The notes under the pieces are model-generated. The model did not search any database and was not told the origin of the DNA. It worked only from the letters and a program-made list of their open reading frames with translations. Source: a bacterium (lineage in GTDB: Archaea; Thermoplasmatota; E2; JACPAO01; JAHFTW01). From it: a stretch of 64,000 nt of DNA. Positions 50,624-61,883 of this stretch are shown one piece after another. Within the stretch, counting starts at the first letter, position 1, and every line of letters begins with the position of its first letter. The translations under genes were made by a program, and so were the position numbers. Location: assembly GCA_040390065.1 (NCBI GenBank), contig JAZJZE010000005.1:309170-373169 (forward strand), written 5' to 3'.

Positions 50624-51567
50624 ACACGACGAAAGCGCCTTGCGCCGTCCTGCTCGGACCACGCGGCGCGCCCTTCAAGCTCGAGCAAATGCAAGTGCCC
50701 GACGACCTCACACATGCCGAGGAAGCGTTGGTCGTGCGCCAAATGCGGCAAGACCTCCGGCAAGAGTTGCCAAGCCGTCTTCGGCCGGTCGAGGTGCTCG
50801 AGGATCTTGCGGCCGCGCTTCTCGTGTTTGGCGAGGTGGACGTCGAGAAGAGAGTCGGTCAAGGTGAACGGTTCATGGTGGCCCGGCAAGACGTCGCAGC
50901 CGACGAATGCCCGAAGACTGCGCAGCGTCCGGAGATACTGCCCATAGCGGCCGCGGTCGGCATCGAGGAGTTCGATGGCGTTCGACGTGATGTGTTCCAG
51001 CAGCGTGTCTCCCGAGAGCAATTGGTTGTCGTCGGTGAGGATGACGAGGGATCCGGGTGTGTGGCCGGGGGCGTGGAAGGCGGTGGCCTTCGTTTCGCCG
51101 AGCTGGATGCGCTCGCGCGACCGGACGTCGTGGCCGATCGGGCAGTCCTCCAGAAAGCCGTCCATGGCGGCGCCTTCCAGACGCATGACGGCGACGACAT
51201 CAGGCGGCGCGCCGTGGGCCGTCAGCGCCGTGGCAAAGGCGTCAAGGCGGCGAGGCGCATCCTTGCAGAACGTTTCGACGAAACGCGATTCCTCCTTCGG
51301 AGCCCAAAGCGTGGCTCCGAATTCCCGGCGCAGGCGAGCGGCGTTGCCGGCGTGGTCGACGTGGCCGTGCGTCACGACAAGGTGCAGGCCGTTGGCGTCG
51401 GCGCCCGAATCTCCCAGACCTTCGCGCAGCGCTGCGTACCCGTCGCGGGTTCCGATGCCGCAGTCGACAAGGCCAGTTGCATCTGCGCCGCGACCGGGGA
51501 AGACCCAGGCGTTGGCCGTGCGCAGCGGGAAGGGCAAGGGAATCGTGATGCGCGTCGGCGCCGCCAC
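50620..51567 (-). CDS. MBL-fold metallo-hydrolase
   Basis: THGHVDHAG, PGHTPG, SGD, PGH. N-terminus IPLPFPLRTAN. Confidence 0.88.
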   Translation of the reverse strand: MAAPTRITIPLPFPLRTANAWVFPGRGADATGLVDCGIGTRDGYAALREGLGDSGADANGLHLVVTHGHVDHAGNAARLRREFGATLWAPKEESRFVETFCKDAPRRLDAFATALTAHGAPPDVVAVMRLEGAAMDGFLEDCPIGHDVRSRERIQLGETKATAFHAPGHTPGSLVILTDDNQLLSGDTLLEHITSNAIELLDADRGRYGQYLRTLRSLRAFVGCDVLPGHHEPFTLTDSLLDVHLAKHEKRGRKILEHLDRPKTAWQLLPEVLPHLAHDQRFLGMCEVVGHLHLLELEGRAAWSEQDGARRFRRV

Positions 51568-51649
51568 ATCGGCACCGAACCGGCCGGGGCGGAAAAGCGC
51601 GCCCCTTGGCCGAAAAGGCAAAGGACTGCGCCGGAATGCTAGCCCGTCC

Positions 51650-52405
51650 ATGGACGGGCCACTTCGCCACGTCACGTTCCGCGTCAACCACGATTGCCCC
51701 ATGGCCGCCCTCAGCCGCGAGGTCCCCGCTGCAGACTTCCATTGCTGGAGCGGCCACCGCCTGGAGGTCGTGGAGGTGCGTTGTGCTTCAGCCGTCTGGC
51801 CCCTCGTGGCCCAAGCCGCGAAACGGCACTTGGCGCCCGAACGCATCCTGAGCGTGCCGGAAGGCGGCATCGTCGTGTGGGAGCCCGAGCGTCCGCGAGC
51901 GCATCCCGAGTCGAGCATCAGCCAGACGCTGGAGGCGCACCACGTCCTGTGGATGCAGCCCATGCGCGTGCAAGGTGGCTGGGAGCACTACGACGCCATC
52001 TCGTTTGCCTCTGGCGGCGACCAAGCGGCCCTCACTGCGCTGTCCAAGTCGTGGCCCACACAGGTCGTCCGCCGCCGCGACGTCGGTGCCGAAGACGTGC
52101 TGGCCTCGCTGTTCCTGTCGTTGCGGCCCGCCCTCGACGCACCCACGGACAAGCAGGCAGAAGCCCTCCTGGCGGCCAGCGCAGGCGGGTACTACCGCTC
52201 GCCGCGCAATGCCACGACGGCGCAACTCGCCCGGCGACTCGGCATCGGTCGAAGCGCGTTCGAGGAGCGCCTACGCGGCGGGGAGAACCGCGTCCTGGGA
52301 GCCGTCCTGCCGGCCTTGGAGCAGCAGCGCGCCTTGCATCCGGGGCCGAAGCGGAGAAAAGGCCGGCACACGTCGGCACACCGTGGACTTCAGCCTCAGC
52401 GATGA
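51650..52405 (+). CDS. Archaeal HTH_10 (bacterio-opsin activator-type) transcriptional regulator
   Basis: N-terminal HDCP and C-terminal TDKQAEAL...[20 protein letters not shown]...ERLR. Confidence 0.85.
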   Translation: MDGPLRHVTFRVNHDCPMAALSREVPAADFHCWSGHRLEVVEVRCASAVWPLVAQAAKRHLAPERILSVPEGGIVVWEPERPRAHPESSISQTLEAHHVLWMQPMRVQGGWEHYDAISFASGGDQAALTALSKSWPTQVVRRRDVGAEDVLASLFLSLRPALDAPTDKQAEALLAASAGGYYRSPRNATTAQLARRLGIGRSAFEERLRGGENRVLGAVLPALEQQRALHPGPKRRKGRHTSAHRGLQPQR

Positions 52406-53522
52406 CGAGGCGCTGATTCGCAAGACCGTGCGAGAGCTTGCCCGCGGCCCTATTGCCTCGCGGGCTGCCGCCCTGGACCGTACAGGCACGTTCCCATCGG
52501 AGGCCATGCACGAACTGGCTGGGCTCGGCACGCTCGGTGCACAGATTCCGTCCGAATACGGCGGCTCGCCGGTCTCCAAGGTCGCGTACAACCTCATCCT
52601 CGAGGAGCTCGCCTGGGCCTGTGCGTCGACCAGTGTCACGTGGGGCGTGCACACGAGCGTTGCCGCCACGCCCATCGTGCAATGGGGTTCGCCCGCAATC
52701 AAGGAACGCTTCCTGCCGCGCCTGGCCTCTGGCGAGTGGATCGGATGCTTCGCCCTGACCGAGCCCGGCGCCGGATCAGACGTGGCGGCCATCACGACGA
52801 CGGCGATTCGCGAGCGCGACGATTACCGTATCAACGGCTCGAAGGTCTTCATCACCAACGGCAACCAGGCCGGCAGCGCCATCGTCGCCGCGAAGACGGA
52901 CCCCGCCGCCGGCCACCGGGGGATCAGCCTGTTTGCCGTGGAGACTTCCTGGAACGGGTTCGGACGGGATGGCCACGAAGACAAGCTCGGCCTCCGCGGC
53001 AGCGACACGGCCCGCCTCAGTTTCACGGACCTGATGGTGCCGAAAGAGAACCTTCTCGGTTCCCCCGGCGACGGCTTCAAGCAGCTCATGCACACTCTCA
53101 ACGGGTCGCGCATCGGCATCGCCGCGCAGGCTGTGGGCATCGCCCAGCGGGCCTTCGACGAAGCGACCTCCTACGCGAAGGAGCGGCGCCAATTCGGCAA
53201 GCCCATCGCTACGAACCAGGCAATCCAATGGAAACTTGCCGACATGGACGTGCGCATCGAAGCGGCGCGGCTCCTCGTCCTGCAAGCCGCGTCAGCGCTC
53301 GATATGGGCGACGTTCCGCCTGCCATGGCGTCGCGGGCCAAGCTGTTTGCCAGCGAGACGGCGACTTGGGTGACGCGTGAAGCCGTGCAGGTCCATGGCG
53401 GCAACGGGTACACCACCGACTACGTCGTGGAGCGCCTGATGCGTGACGCCAAGGTCACGGAAATCTACGAAGGCACGAGCGAAATCCAGAGGATGCTCAT
53501 CGCGCGCAGCCTGCTTGCGTAG
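52383..53522 (+). CDS. Acyl-CoA dehydrogenase (short/branched-chain type)
   Basis: [46 protein letters not shown]. Confidence 0.95.
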   Translation: MDFSLSDDEALIRKTVRELARGPIASRAAALDRTGTFPSEAMHELAGLGTLGAQIPSEYGGSPVSKVAYNLILEELAWACASTSVTWGVHTSVAATPIVQWGSPAIKERFLPRLASGEWIGCFALTEPGAGSDVAAITTTAIRERDDYRINGSKVFITNGNQAGSAIVAAKTDPAAGHRGISLFAVETSWNGFGRDGHEDKLGLRGSDTARLSFTDLMVPKENLLGSPGDGFKQLMHTLNGSRIGIAAQAVGIAQRAFDEATSYAKERRQFGKPIATNQAIQWKLADMDVRIEAARLLVLQAASALDMGDVPPAMASRAKLFASETATWVTREAVQVHGGNGYTTDYVVERLMRDAKVTEIYEGTSEIQRMLIARSLLA

Positions 53523-53579
53523 CGGCGCCATGCTTGTCCCGCAAGGCTTACGGCTGCCCGGGGACGAATCGTTGGCACC

Positions 53580-54500
53580 ATGGTTGCCGAGGATTTGTAC
53601 GAAAGCGAGGAGAGCATCGCAAGCGAGCCGGCGGAGTTCCAGGACGAACCCCTTGCCGGCGATTGGCGGGCGCGCACCGAGTCGGCCCACGGGACTGCCA
53701 CGAGCGCGCGCCGCATCAATCCTCATCGACCACGCAACCGCTCGTATGCATGGATGGGCGCGGTCGTGCTCGTATGCTTGGCCGCTGCCGTCCTCATGGG
53801 ATTCGCCGGAATACCGGGGCCGGGCATCTTCCACCAAGACGTCGCGTGGGTCATCGGCGTCTGCCTCCTGGCCCTCGCCGTGGGGCTTCTCTACGTCTTG
53901 TTCACCATCCGCGTCGCCATGCGGCACTTGCGCGAGCAGGCCCTCATCCTCGCCCGCGTGGAGCGCGAACGCACGGACGCCTGGGAGTGGACGTACCCCT
54001 CCCCCACGCCGGCGCCGGCACCGGCCGGCCAATCGGCACCGCCCATTCCCAACGTGACGCGTTACAGCCGCCCCGTCGTGGTCGTCGAAGGCATTGGCCC
54101 GACGTACAGCAGGCGCCTCCGAAGGATTGGGGTCACGACGCTCGACGACCTGCGCCGCGCCGACCCAACCGCCGTCGAGGACGCAGTCCAGGCCCGCACC
54201 CCGGTGGCCCGAGATTGGAAGGCCATGGCCGACCTCATGATCCTGGATGGCGTGCATGCCCAGGCAGCCGAGCTTCTCGTGCGCGCAGGCTGCACTTCCC
54301 TCGACGACCTTGCGACGCGCGACCCGGCGGAGTTGCACCGCACGTTGCGGCGCATCAACGAGGCGAACGCCGTACGCATCCATCCTGCGACGCTGCACGT
54401 GAAGGATGTCGAGCGGTGGGTCAACGCGGCGCGCCGCAACGAGAGACGCGACCTCGCATTCCAGAACCCGGACTGGAGCTCGTCCCCCGTCCCGATGTGA
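53580..54500 (+). CDS. Membrane-anchored DUF4332/helix-hairpin-helix protein
   Basis: Two TM helices, then VEGIGPTYSRRL...ADLMILDGV...AELLVRAG. Confidence 0.75.
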   Translation: MVAEDLYESEESIASEPAEFQDEPLAGDWRARTESAHGTATSARRINPHRPRNRSYAWMGAVVLVCLAAAVLMGFAGIPGPGIFHQDVAWVIGVCLLALAVGLLYVLFTIRVAMRHLREQALILARVERERTDAWEWTYPSPTPAPAPAGQSAPPIPNVTRYSRPVVVVEGIGPTYSRRLRRIGVTTLDDLRRADPTAVEDAVQARTPVARDWKAMADLMILDGVHAQAAELLVRAGCTSLDDLATRDPAELHRTLRRINEANAVRIHPATLHVKDVERWVNAARRNERRDLAFQNPDWSSSPVPM

Positions 54501-54507
54501 TGTCCGC

Positions 54508-55893
54508 TTAGCGGGGAGGAGTTGGCGGTCGGCGCGTCGCCGGAGGTTTGCTGGCGGGCCGAACACCCGGGGGCCCAGCCGGCGGTGGCGGAATCCGGCC
54601 GAGCGGCCGGGCTGGAGGCGGTGCGCGCGGCGGTCCCGAAGGTCGGGGCGGTGGTCGGGGGGGCGGCGCCCAGGCGGCCGGCCATGGCGGACCCGGGGGA
54701 GGCGCACGCACGGGAGGGGCATACGCGCGCGGCGGGAGCGATGTCTGGTACGATGGAGGATATCCGGGCGGCAGCGGCATCCAGTAGTATCCTCCGGGGG
54801 ATTGCGGCGGCAACGCCGGCGGATAGAACGGGTGCACCGGGGCCTTGGCGCCGCCGCGGAAGATGAATATGGCCGCCACGCCGAGGCAGGCGAGGAGGCC
54901 CGCGATGCCGAGGACGATGCTGAGCAACCACGGGAAGGAGCTGCGCGTTCCCTGGACTTTGTAGGCTTGCGTCTCGACGGGGTTGCTCACGCCGCTGCGG
55001 GTCGCGGCGGACGCGCCGGTGTTTGGCGGGCGTACCACGGCGGCCGTCGACCCGCGAGTGGCGACGACGCATGGCGGGTAGAGCGTGTTGATGGCGGCGC
55101 GGTCGTCGGCGGATGGCGCGGGGCTGAAGTGTCCAAGGAACTCGTAGTTCATGACCGAATCCGCGTTGGCGGACGTATATCTCACGCCCGCCGCGGGAGA
55201 CAAGCAGTCGGGCTCGGCGCCGGCGGTCATGCGCTGCTCCTCGAACGGGTGGGCCAGGCCGAGGGCGTGGCCGAGTTCATGCGTCAACACCGACTTCAAT
55301 TCGGACAGCGACCAGCAGCCCGCCACCGTGGTCGTCGTGCAGCTGGTGCGGGCATAGACGAGCATGTCGCCGCGCCAGAACCGCCCTGAGGTGGCCTGCG
55401 TCCCGTTGGTGAAGGCGACCGTGGTGCCGTCGCGGTAGAGCATCTGCGTGACGGCCCCGACGCCCTGCCCCGTCGTCGAGGTCGATCCGGGGACGGCGAA
55501 GATGTCGAGTTCGGAGCCAGAGCCGACGCCGAATGGCCCGGACGAGTCGCGCGTCGCGTCGACGTCCGTCGAGACGTCCGTGAAGCGGATGCGGGGGTTC
55601 ACTTCCTCCCACGCGGCCATCGCGCCGTACAGGGCGGCAATCAGGTCCGAGCAACCGACGGAGGCGACGAAACCCTTGGCGAGGATCGTGCAGAAGTCTG
55701 GGTCGACGCTGAACTCGATGCCGCCGCCAAGTCCAGGGTCGCCGCCGCTGCGCATGGACGACTCGGTCGCCGCCCAGCGCTGCGCCTGCCAGGCCGCGTG
55801 TGGCGCACTCTGATCGGTGTCGGCAAAGAGCGCGAAGCCCTGCGCCGGCGGGGCCACGAGCAAGGCGCACAACGCCACGAGCCACCACCGCAT
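54508..55893 (-). CDS. Matrixin-like metalloprotease with TM helix and Pro-rich tail
   Basis: Signal peptide, [15 protein letters not shown] Met-turn. Paralog of 9512..10654. Confidence 0.8.
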   Translation of the reverse strand: MRWWLVALCALLVAPPAQGFALFADTDQSAPHAAWQAQRWAATESSMRSGGDPGLGGGIEFSVDPDFCTILAKGFVASVGCSDLIAALYGAMAAWEEVNPRIRFTDVSTDVDATRDSSGPFGVGSGSELDIFAVPGSTSTTGQGVGAVTQMLYRDGTTVAFTNGTQATSGRFWRGDMLVYARTSCTTTTVAGCWSLSELKSVLTHELGHALGLAHPFEEQRMTAGAEPDCLSPAAGVRYTSANADSVMNYEFLGHFSPAPSADDRAAINTLYPPCVVATRGSTAAVVRPPNTGASAATRSGVSNPVETQAYKVQGTRSSFPWLLSIVLGIAGLLACLGVAAIFIFRGGAKAPVHPFYPPALPPQSPGGYYWMPLPPGYPPSYQTSLPPRAYAPPVRAPPPGPPWPAAWAPPPRPPPRPSGPPRAPPPARPLGRIPPPPAGPPGVRPASKPPATRRPPTPPR

Positions 55894-56019
55894 CGCAGGT
55901 TCACCTCCGGTCGCCACAATAAGGGTTTGGCCCGGGGAGGCGGGGGAATGGCCGCGCCTGGCCGCCCCTGTCGCCACGGCTTTCAAATAGGCCCGTCCAT
56001 GGGCCGCATAGGGATTGCA

Positions 56020-58293
56020 TTGGCGACCGCCATCGAGTCCACGCCCGCCTTCGTCAAGTCCACGTATGACGCCATGTCGAAGCGCCTTGCCATTGTGCGC
56101 AAGCGCCTCGGCCGTCCGTTGACCCTCGCGGAAAAACTCGTGTACTCGCACCTGGACGACCCGGCGAAGGCGGAGCTCGTGCGTGGCAAGTCATACCTCG
56201 ACTTGCGGCCCGACCGCGTCACCATGCAGGACGCGACGGCGCAGATGGCCATCCTGCAGTTCCTGACGACGGGCAAGACGCAGACGGCGGTGCCGACGAC
56301 GGTGCACTGCGACCACCTGATTGCGGCCCAGGTCGGGGCCAAGGCCGACCTGCACGAGGCGACGACGGCGAACAAGGAGGTCTACGATTTCCTGCGTACG
56401 GCGTGCCAGCGCTGCGGCATGGGATTCTGGAAACCTGGCGCCGGCATCATCCACCAAGTCGTGCTCGAGCAGTACGCCTTCCCGGGCCAGATGGTCATCG
56501 GCACGGACTCGCACACTCCAAACGGCGGCGGACTCGGGATGTTCGCCTCCGGCGTGGGCGGCGCGGACGCGGTCGACGTCATGGCGGGTTTCCCGTGGGA
56601 AGTGTTGCATCCGACGGTCATCGGCGTTCACCTCAAAGGCAAGATGTCCGGCTGGACGGCGCCCAAGGACGTCATCCTCAAGCTCTGCGGCATCCTCACG
56701 GTGAAGGGCGGAACGAACGCCGTCATCGAGTACTTCGGCGACGGCTGCGCGAGCATCTCCGCGACTGGCAAGGCCACGATCACGAACATGGGGGCGGAAC
56801 TCGGTGCCACGACGTCGGTCTTCCCGCATGACGAACGCATGAACATCTATCTGCGCGCAACCGGGCGAAGCGAACTCGCGATGCTGGCGGACGCGGCGCA
56901 CAAGGAACTGCTGACGGCCGACGCCGAAGTCGCCGCAGACCCGAAGAACTTCTACGACCAAGTCGTCGAGATCGACCTCACGACCCTGGAGCCGCATCTC
57001 GTCGGCCCGCACACGCCGGACCTGGCGCGGCCCGTCTCGGAGGTCGCGAAGGCCGTGGCGACGGAGCATTACCCTGACCACATTTCCGTGACCCTGGTCG
57101 GTTCATGCACGAATTCGTCGTACGAGGACATGGAGCGCACGGCGGACATCGCGGCCCAGGCGTCGGCGCACGGGCTGAAGGTCGTGACCCCGCTCCTCGT
57201 CACACCCGGCTCTGAACAGGTGCATCTCACGATCCAGCGCGACGGCCAGATGGCAACACTCCAGAAAGTCGGCGCCACGGTCCTCGCCAACGCGTGCGGT
57301 CCATGCATCGGGCAATGGAACCGCCCCGAGTCCGAGACGAAGAAGGAGAACACCATCGTCACGTCGTACAACCGCAACTTCCCCAAGCGCAACGACGGTT
57401 CCGCCAAGACGCTCGCATTCATGGGCAGCCCCGAGATTGTCATCGCCTACGGTCTTGCGGGACGGCTCTCGTTCAACCCGATGAAGGACGAACTCACCGG
57501 CAGCGACGGCAAGAAGTTCCGACTCGTCGCACCGAAGCAGGCGCCCGAGGTCCCCGCGAAGGGCTTCGTCGCCGACCCGTCCGGCTACGTTGCGCCGCCG
57601 TCGGGCAAACCCGTCGAGGTCACCGTCGACCCCAAGTCGGACCGCCTGCAGCTGCTTGCGCCCTTTGGCGCATGGGATGGAAAGGACTTCACCGACCTGC
57701 CGCTTCTCCTCAAGGCCAAGGGCAAGTGCACGACGGACCACATCAGCCAAGCCGGCGTGTGGCTCAAGTTCCGCGGCCACCTCGACAACATCTCGAACAA
57801 CTGCTTCCTCGGAGCCATCAACGCCTTCACCGGCTCCGCCGGCGGCGGCAAGGACCAACTCGACGGCAAGACGAAACTGTTCCCCGAACTCGCCCGCAAC
57901 TACCAGAAGGCCGGCCTGCGCTGGATCGTCGTCGGCGACGAGAACTACGGCGAAGGCAGCAGCCGTGAGCACGCCGCCATGGAGCCGAGGCACCTCGGCG
58001 CGGCCGCCGTGATTGCCCGCAGCTTCGCCCGCATCCACGAGACCAACTTGAAGAAACAGGGCCTCCTTCCTCTGACGTTCGCGGACCCGAAGGACTACGA
58101 CAAGGTCCAGCAGGACGACCGCATCAGCATCACGGGATTGGCCGCGATGGCGCCGGCCAAGCCGCTCACGGTCATCCTCAAGCACGCCAACGGCAAGAGC
58201 GAGGCGATCCAAGTGCGGCACACGTTTTCCAAGGACCAGATTGAATGGTTCCGCGCGGGGTCGGCACTCAATCTGTTGCGGAGCAAGAAATGA
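56020..58293 (+). CDS. acnA: Aconitate hydratase (mitochondrial-like type)
   Basis: [46 protein letters not shown]. Start TTG 56020 or ATG 55999. Confidence 0.95.
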   Translation: MATAIESTPAFVKSTYDAMSKRLAIVRKRLGRPLTLAEKLVYSHLDDPAKAELVRGKSYLDLRPDRVTMQDATAQMAILQFLTTGKTQTAVPTTVHCDHLIAAQVGAKADLHEATTANKEVYDFLRTACQRCGMGFWKPGAGIIHQVVLEQYAFPGQMVIGTDSHTPNGGGLGMFASGVGGADAVDVMAGFPWEVLHPTVIGVHLKGKMSGWTAPKDVILKLCGILTVKGGTNAVIEYFGDGCASISATGKATITNMGAELGATTSVFPHDERMNIYLRATGRSELAMLADAAHKELLTADAEVAADPKNFYDQVVEIDLTTLEPHLVGPHTPDLARPVSEVAKAVATEHYPDHISVTLVGSCTNSSYEDMERTADIAAQASAHGLKVVTPLLVTPGSEQVHLTIQRDGQMATLQKVGATVLANACGPCIGQWNRPESETKKENTIVTSYNRNFPKRNDGSAKTLAFMGSPEIVIAYGLAGRLSFNPMKDELTGSDGKKFRLVAPKQAPEVPAKGFVADPSGYVAPPSGKPVEVTVDPKSDRLQLLAPFGAWDGKDFTDLPLLLKAKGKCTTDHISQAGVWLKFRGHLDNISNNCFLGAINAFTGSAGGGKDQLDGKTKLFPELARNYQKAGLRWIVVGDENYGEGSSREHAAMEPRHLGAAAVIARSFARIHETNLKKQGLLPLTFADPKDYDKVQQDDRISITGLAAMAPAKPLTVILKHANGKSEAIQVRHTFSKDQIEWFRAGSALNLLRSKK

Positions 58294-59312
58294 GTACGGG
58301 TTTTCGCCACGCCCTTTGGGTGGCCGGCCTTGTGATTGCGGGCTGCCTTGGACCCGGCCACCCGATTCCATCACCAATTGCCCCGGCCGATTCCGCGCAC
58401 TTCGACGGCCACGGATTGGTCTCCGTGGGACCCGACGGTGCCACCATCCGTTTCAATGGCACTGGCGTCGCCTACGTCCAGCTCGAGGCCGCCGCGGGCG
58501 ACCAGGACGTGCGGCTGATCCACGAACTCTATGCGCCCACCGGCCTGCTTGATGAGACCACCGTCAACTCCGGCCAGGCCAATGGAACCTGGCCTTACTT
58601 TGGTTCGAACGCCACCATTCTCTTCGTCAGCGACCAGCAGGGAAAACCTGGTGTCGTGCCAATCTATGGCTTCTACCGTCACATCAAGGCAAATGCCATT
58701 TTCCTTCCAGAGGACCGCGACTTTCCAATCGACCGCCGAAATGTCGGCTATTACTACGGTGATGGCGTCTGGCACACAGACTTGCTTGGCAAGTCCATCA
58801 TCTTCGCCACGACCGTCCCAGGTTGGTCGGTGAGGATTGGAAACGGTGCCGCGCACGTCGACATCACCCCGTCGCCCTTGCCCCTCACCATCGCCCGACA
58901 GCGCTGGAGCACGACGCCGCAAGCGGACGAGCCGGTCACGGCCGTCGCCAACTACGAGTGGAGGGTACCCGTTCCCTCAGCGGACCCGGCCTATGCCGTG
59001 TGGACGGCCAGGGCGACGACGGACAATTGCCACTTGCAGGACTATCAGTGGCGTAGCTCCATCGGCGCTCCCGGCGAGCAGCCGTCCGATCCGTATTTCG
59101 AATACAGCGGCTATAGCTGTGAGCACGCCGGAATGGGTCCCCGGGGGTACGCCGATCATCTCGACTACCCGGGGACCAATGGCATGCCCGGAGCCAGTTC
59201 GCAGGGTGCCAAGGAACTGTATGTGAATGTCAAGGTTCCGTACTCTGTTGGGGACTTCGAGTGGCGAGCGAGCGCCGCCATCTTCCCGTGGCCTGCGGAC
59301 TTTCCCGAGTAG
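58290..59312 (+). CDS. Hypothetical lipoprotein
   Basis: Lipobox IAGC, ATGA overlap with the aconitase stop, beta-rich aromatic sequence. Confidence 0.6.
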   Translation: MSTGFRHALWVAGLVIAGCLGPGHPIPSPIAPADSAHFDGHGLVSVGPDGATIRFNGTGVAYVQLEAAAGDQDVRLIHELYAPTGLLDETTVNSGQANGTWPYFGSNATILFVSDQQGKPGVVPIYGFYRHIKANAIFLPEDRDFPIDRRNVGYYYGDGVWHTDLLGKSIIFATTVPGWSVRIGNGAAHVDITPSPLPLTIARQRWSTTPQADEPVTAVANYEWRVPVPSADPAYAVWTARATTDNCHLQDYQWRSSIGAPGEQPSDPYFEYSGYSCEHAGMGPRGYADHLDYPGTNGMPGASSQGAKELYVNVKVPYSVGDFEWRASAAIFPWPADFPE

Positions 59313-59403
59313 GCCCGGGTGGCGCGACGGTGGCGAAGGTCGACCTTGAGACTTCCACAACCTGACTAGGTTCCTTAAACCCGTCCGGGACTGCCTATCC
59401 ACC

Positions 59404-60249
59404 ATGAATCGGATAGTCTTGGCGTCGCTCGTCATCCTGGTCGCCGCAACCCTGGCAGGATGCAGCGGCAAGTCGGCGCCGACGCACGACGACGTCATCC
59501 GCTCCATTCCCAGTGGCGACGAAGTCGTCGTGCCCGACCCCGTGATTTCCGGGTCCGGCCGCGGCAGCCTCCTCGGCCTCGTCACGAACCCCGCCAACGT
59601 CGCCGTGCAGGGGGCCTCCGTCGAACTGGGCGGCACGGACATCTTCGACATCACGGCCAAGAATGGCACGTTCTTCCTCCAGGACGTCCCCGAAGGCACG
59701 TATGGAATCATCGCCCGCGCCGACGGCTACGCACCCGCAACGGGGACCGTCATCATCCGTGCCGACACGACGCAGCACACGTGGGTGCAACTGGCCCTGG
59801 CGCCGCCGCCTCCGCCCTTTCACAAGACGCTGTTCTACAACGGCACCATCACCGTGACGACGGATCCGATGACCGGGTTTAGCGACTTCAGTTGCGCCGG
59901 CTGCTACGCGAGCCTCCCCGTCGGCAAGGGCGTGAAGACCATCGTCCTCGAATTCACCATGAACAAGGACGGCATCATCCCCGTGCAGCCGTTCCCGGAC
60001 CCGCTGGACCTTGCTAACCGCAGCGTCTACTGGCGCGTCTACAACGGCCAGACGACGGCATGGAGCGGCTCCGGCCCGAACCCCCTGCTGGAGCGAACGA
60101 GCGCCGTCAAGACCGGAAACTACACGCTCAACATCGACCCGACCACGTACCCGTTCCCGGAGACCAGCAAGACGTTCACCATCTACGTCACCATCTTCTA
60201 TTGGACGCCGGCACCGACCATCTGGTCTTACCTGCAGGGCGACCGTTAG
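59404..60249 (+). CDS. Lipoprotein with carboxypeptidase-regulatory-like (Cna-B) domain
   Basis: LAGC lipobox and GSLLGLV...VQGASV...NGTF...VPEGTY...ADGY pattern. CTTAAA box about 27 nt upstream. Confidence 0.75.
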   Translation: MNRIVLASLVILVAATLAGCSGKSAPTHDDVIRSIPSGDEVVVPDPVISGSGRGSLLGLVTNPANVAVQGASVELGGTDIFDITAKNGTFFLQDVPEGTYGIIARADGYAPATGTVIIRADTTQHTWVQLALAPPPPPFHKTLFYNGTITVTTDPMTGFSDFSCAGCYASLPVGKGVKTIVLEFTMNKDGIIPVQPFPDPLDLANRSVYWRVYNGQTTAWSGSGPNPLLERTSAVKTGNYTLNIDPTTYPFPETSKTFTIYVTIFYWTPAPTIWSYLQGDR

Positions 60250-60296
60250 CGGCGGCGACCGTCCCGCTTTTCTGCCGGACCCGTGTCGAGGTCGCC

Positions 60297-61166
60297 ATGG
60301 ACCCTTCACCGCCCTCCCCCGCCGCCCCCATGGCTCGTCCCGGTTTGCCGGGCGCCGTGCCCACGGGCCTGCGCATCGTCGCCTTCGACTTGGAGACCAC
60401 GGGCCTCGACGGCGAGAAGGCGCGCATCGTGGAATTCTGCTTCATCGAGCTCGATGCGGGGCTGGCCGAGATGGGGCGCTGGAGCGAACTCGTCAACCCA
60501 GGCATGCCGATTCCGGAGGAAACCGTGAAGGTGCACGGCATCACGGATGCCATGGTCGCAAGCCGGCCGGCATTTGCCGCCTTTGCCTCGCGCGTGCAGG
60601 CACTCGTGCAGGACGCCGTCCTCGTCGCGCACAACCACAAGTTCGACCTCGAGATCCTGAGTCGTGAGTTGGCCCGCGCCGGCCAGCGCGCCCTCGCCCC
60701 CAACCACCCGTGCATCGACACGCATCAGATCGAGTCCTACGTCAACTCGCACAGTCTCGCGGCGACCTACGAACGCTACGTCGGAACCCCCTTCGACGGC
60801 GCGCACCGCAGCGAGGCGGACACCGCGGCGTGCGTCGAGGTGCTGCGCCGCCAACGCAAGGCCCACGCCGACAAACTACCAGAGGACCTCGACGGCCTCC
60901 TGGTTGCCCACCTCGACCGCCGCCGGAACCCGGAGCGCGCGGAGCGCAACTGGCTGGACCACGGCCGGCGCTTCTACGCGGACGGCCAGGGCATCGTGCA
61001 CTTCAACTTCGGGCCGCACAAGAACCACGCCATCTTCGAGTCGCAAGAAACCCGGTCGTTCATGGACTGGATGCTGCGCCGCGACTTCCCCGAGGACGTC
61101 AAGGCCCTCGTGCGGACGTGGCTCGCCAACCCACCCAAGACGCCGGCGACGGTGAAGCCGCAATGA
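60297..61166 (+). CDS. DEDDh 3'-5' exonuclease (second paralog)
   Basis: FDLETTG, VHGIT, HNHKFD, AHRSEAD, FGPH. Start 60297 or 60330. Confidence 0.9.
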   Translation: MDPSPPSPAAPMARPGLPGAVPTGLRIVAFDLETTGLDGEKARIVEFCFIELDAGLAEMGRWSELVNPGMPIPEETVKVHGITDAMVASRPAFAAFASRVQALVQDAVLVAHNHKFDLEILSRELARAGQRALAPNHPCIDTHQIESYVNSHSLAATYERYVGTPFDGAHRSEADTAACVEVLRRQRKAHADKLPEDLDGLLVAHLDRRRNPERAERNWLDHGRRFYADGQGIVHFNFGPHKNHAIFESQETRSFMDWMLRRDFPEDVKALVRTWLANPPKTPATVKPQ

Positions 61167-61239
61167 AGGTCCTCCCAGCCGGGCCCTTGCGGGCCCTCCC
61201 GTCCGCTGAGGCTAAGGCCCTTCACGCTACTGTGGTCGC

Positions 61240-61854
61240 GTGAAGGTCCTCTGCGTAGGCCGCAACTACGCCAAACACGTGCGCGAAATGGGCCAGGCTC
61301 CGCCCGCCTCGCCCATCTGGTTCTGGAAGCCGGAATCGGCCGTGATTGGCGACGGCGATGCCATCCTCCTGCCCGCCGGAATCGGAGCCGTCCACCACGA
61401 GGTCGAACTCGCCTTGCGGATCGGGCGGACGCTGCGCAAGGCGTCTGCGGCAGAAGCAGAGCGCGCCATCGACGCCTTCACCGTGGCCAACGACGTGACC
61501 GCCCGGGACCTGCAGGAAGCGGCAAAGAAGGCAGGCACGCCATGGGCGCAGGCGAAGGGCTACGATACCTTCCTGCCGCTCGGGGAATGGGTGGCCCCGA
61601 CGGGGCATGACCTGTCGCGGCTCGAGTTGCGCCTCACGGTCGACGGAGCAATGCGACAACAGGGAACCACCAAGGACATGACGTGGCCCGCCGCCGACCT
61701 GCTTGCGCACGCCTCGACCTGGACCACCCTCCAGCCTGGCGATGTCCTCCTCACGGGCACACCGGAAGGAGTCGGACCGATGGCGCCCGGCCAGACCGTG
61801 GAAGCCCAAATCGTGGGTGTCGCCCGCGTGCGCAACCCGGTACGCGCCGGGTAG
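61240..61854 (+). CDS. Fumarylacetoacetate hydrolase family protein
   Basis: CVGRNY, HHEVEL, NDVTARD, AKGYDT, GDVLLTGTPEGVG. Confidence 0.93.
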   Translation: MKVLCVGRNYAKHVREMGQAPPASPIWFWKPESAVIGDGDAILLPAGIGAVHHEVELALRIGRTLRKASAAEAERAIDAFTVANDVTARDLQEAAKKAGTPWAQAKGYDTFLPLGEWVAPTGHDLSRLELRLTVDGAMRQQGTTKDMTWPAADLLAHASTWTTLQPGDVLLTGTPEGVGPMAPGQTVEAQIVGVARVRNPVRAG

Positions 61855-61883
61855 CCTTTTTCACGGCAGCCCCTCCCCGACGC

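Noticed and set aside
54508-54850. Tandem repeat or low-complexity element
   Set aside because: Explained by the Pro-rich coding tail of the protease; no regular repeat unit.
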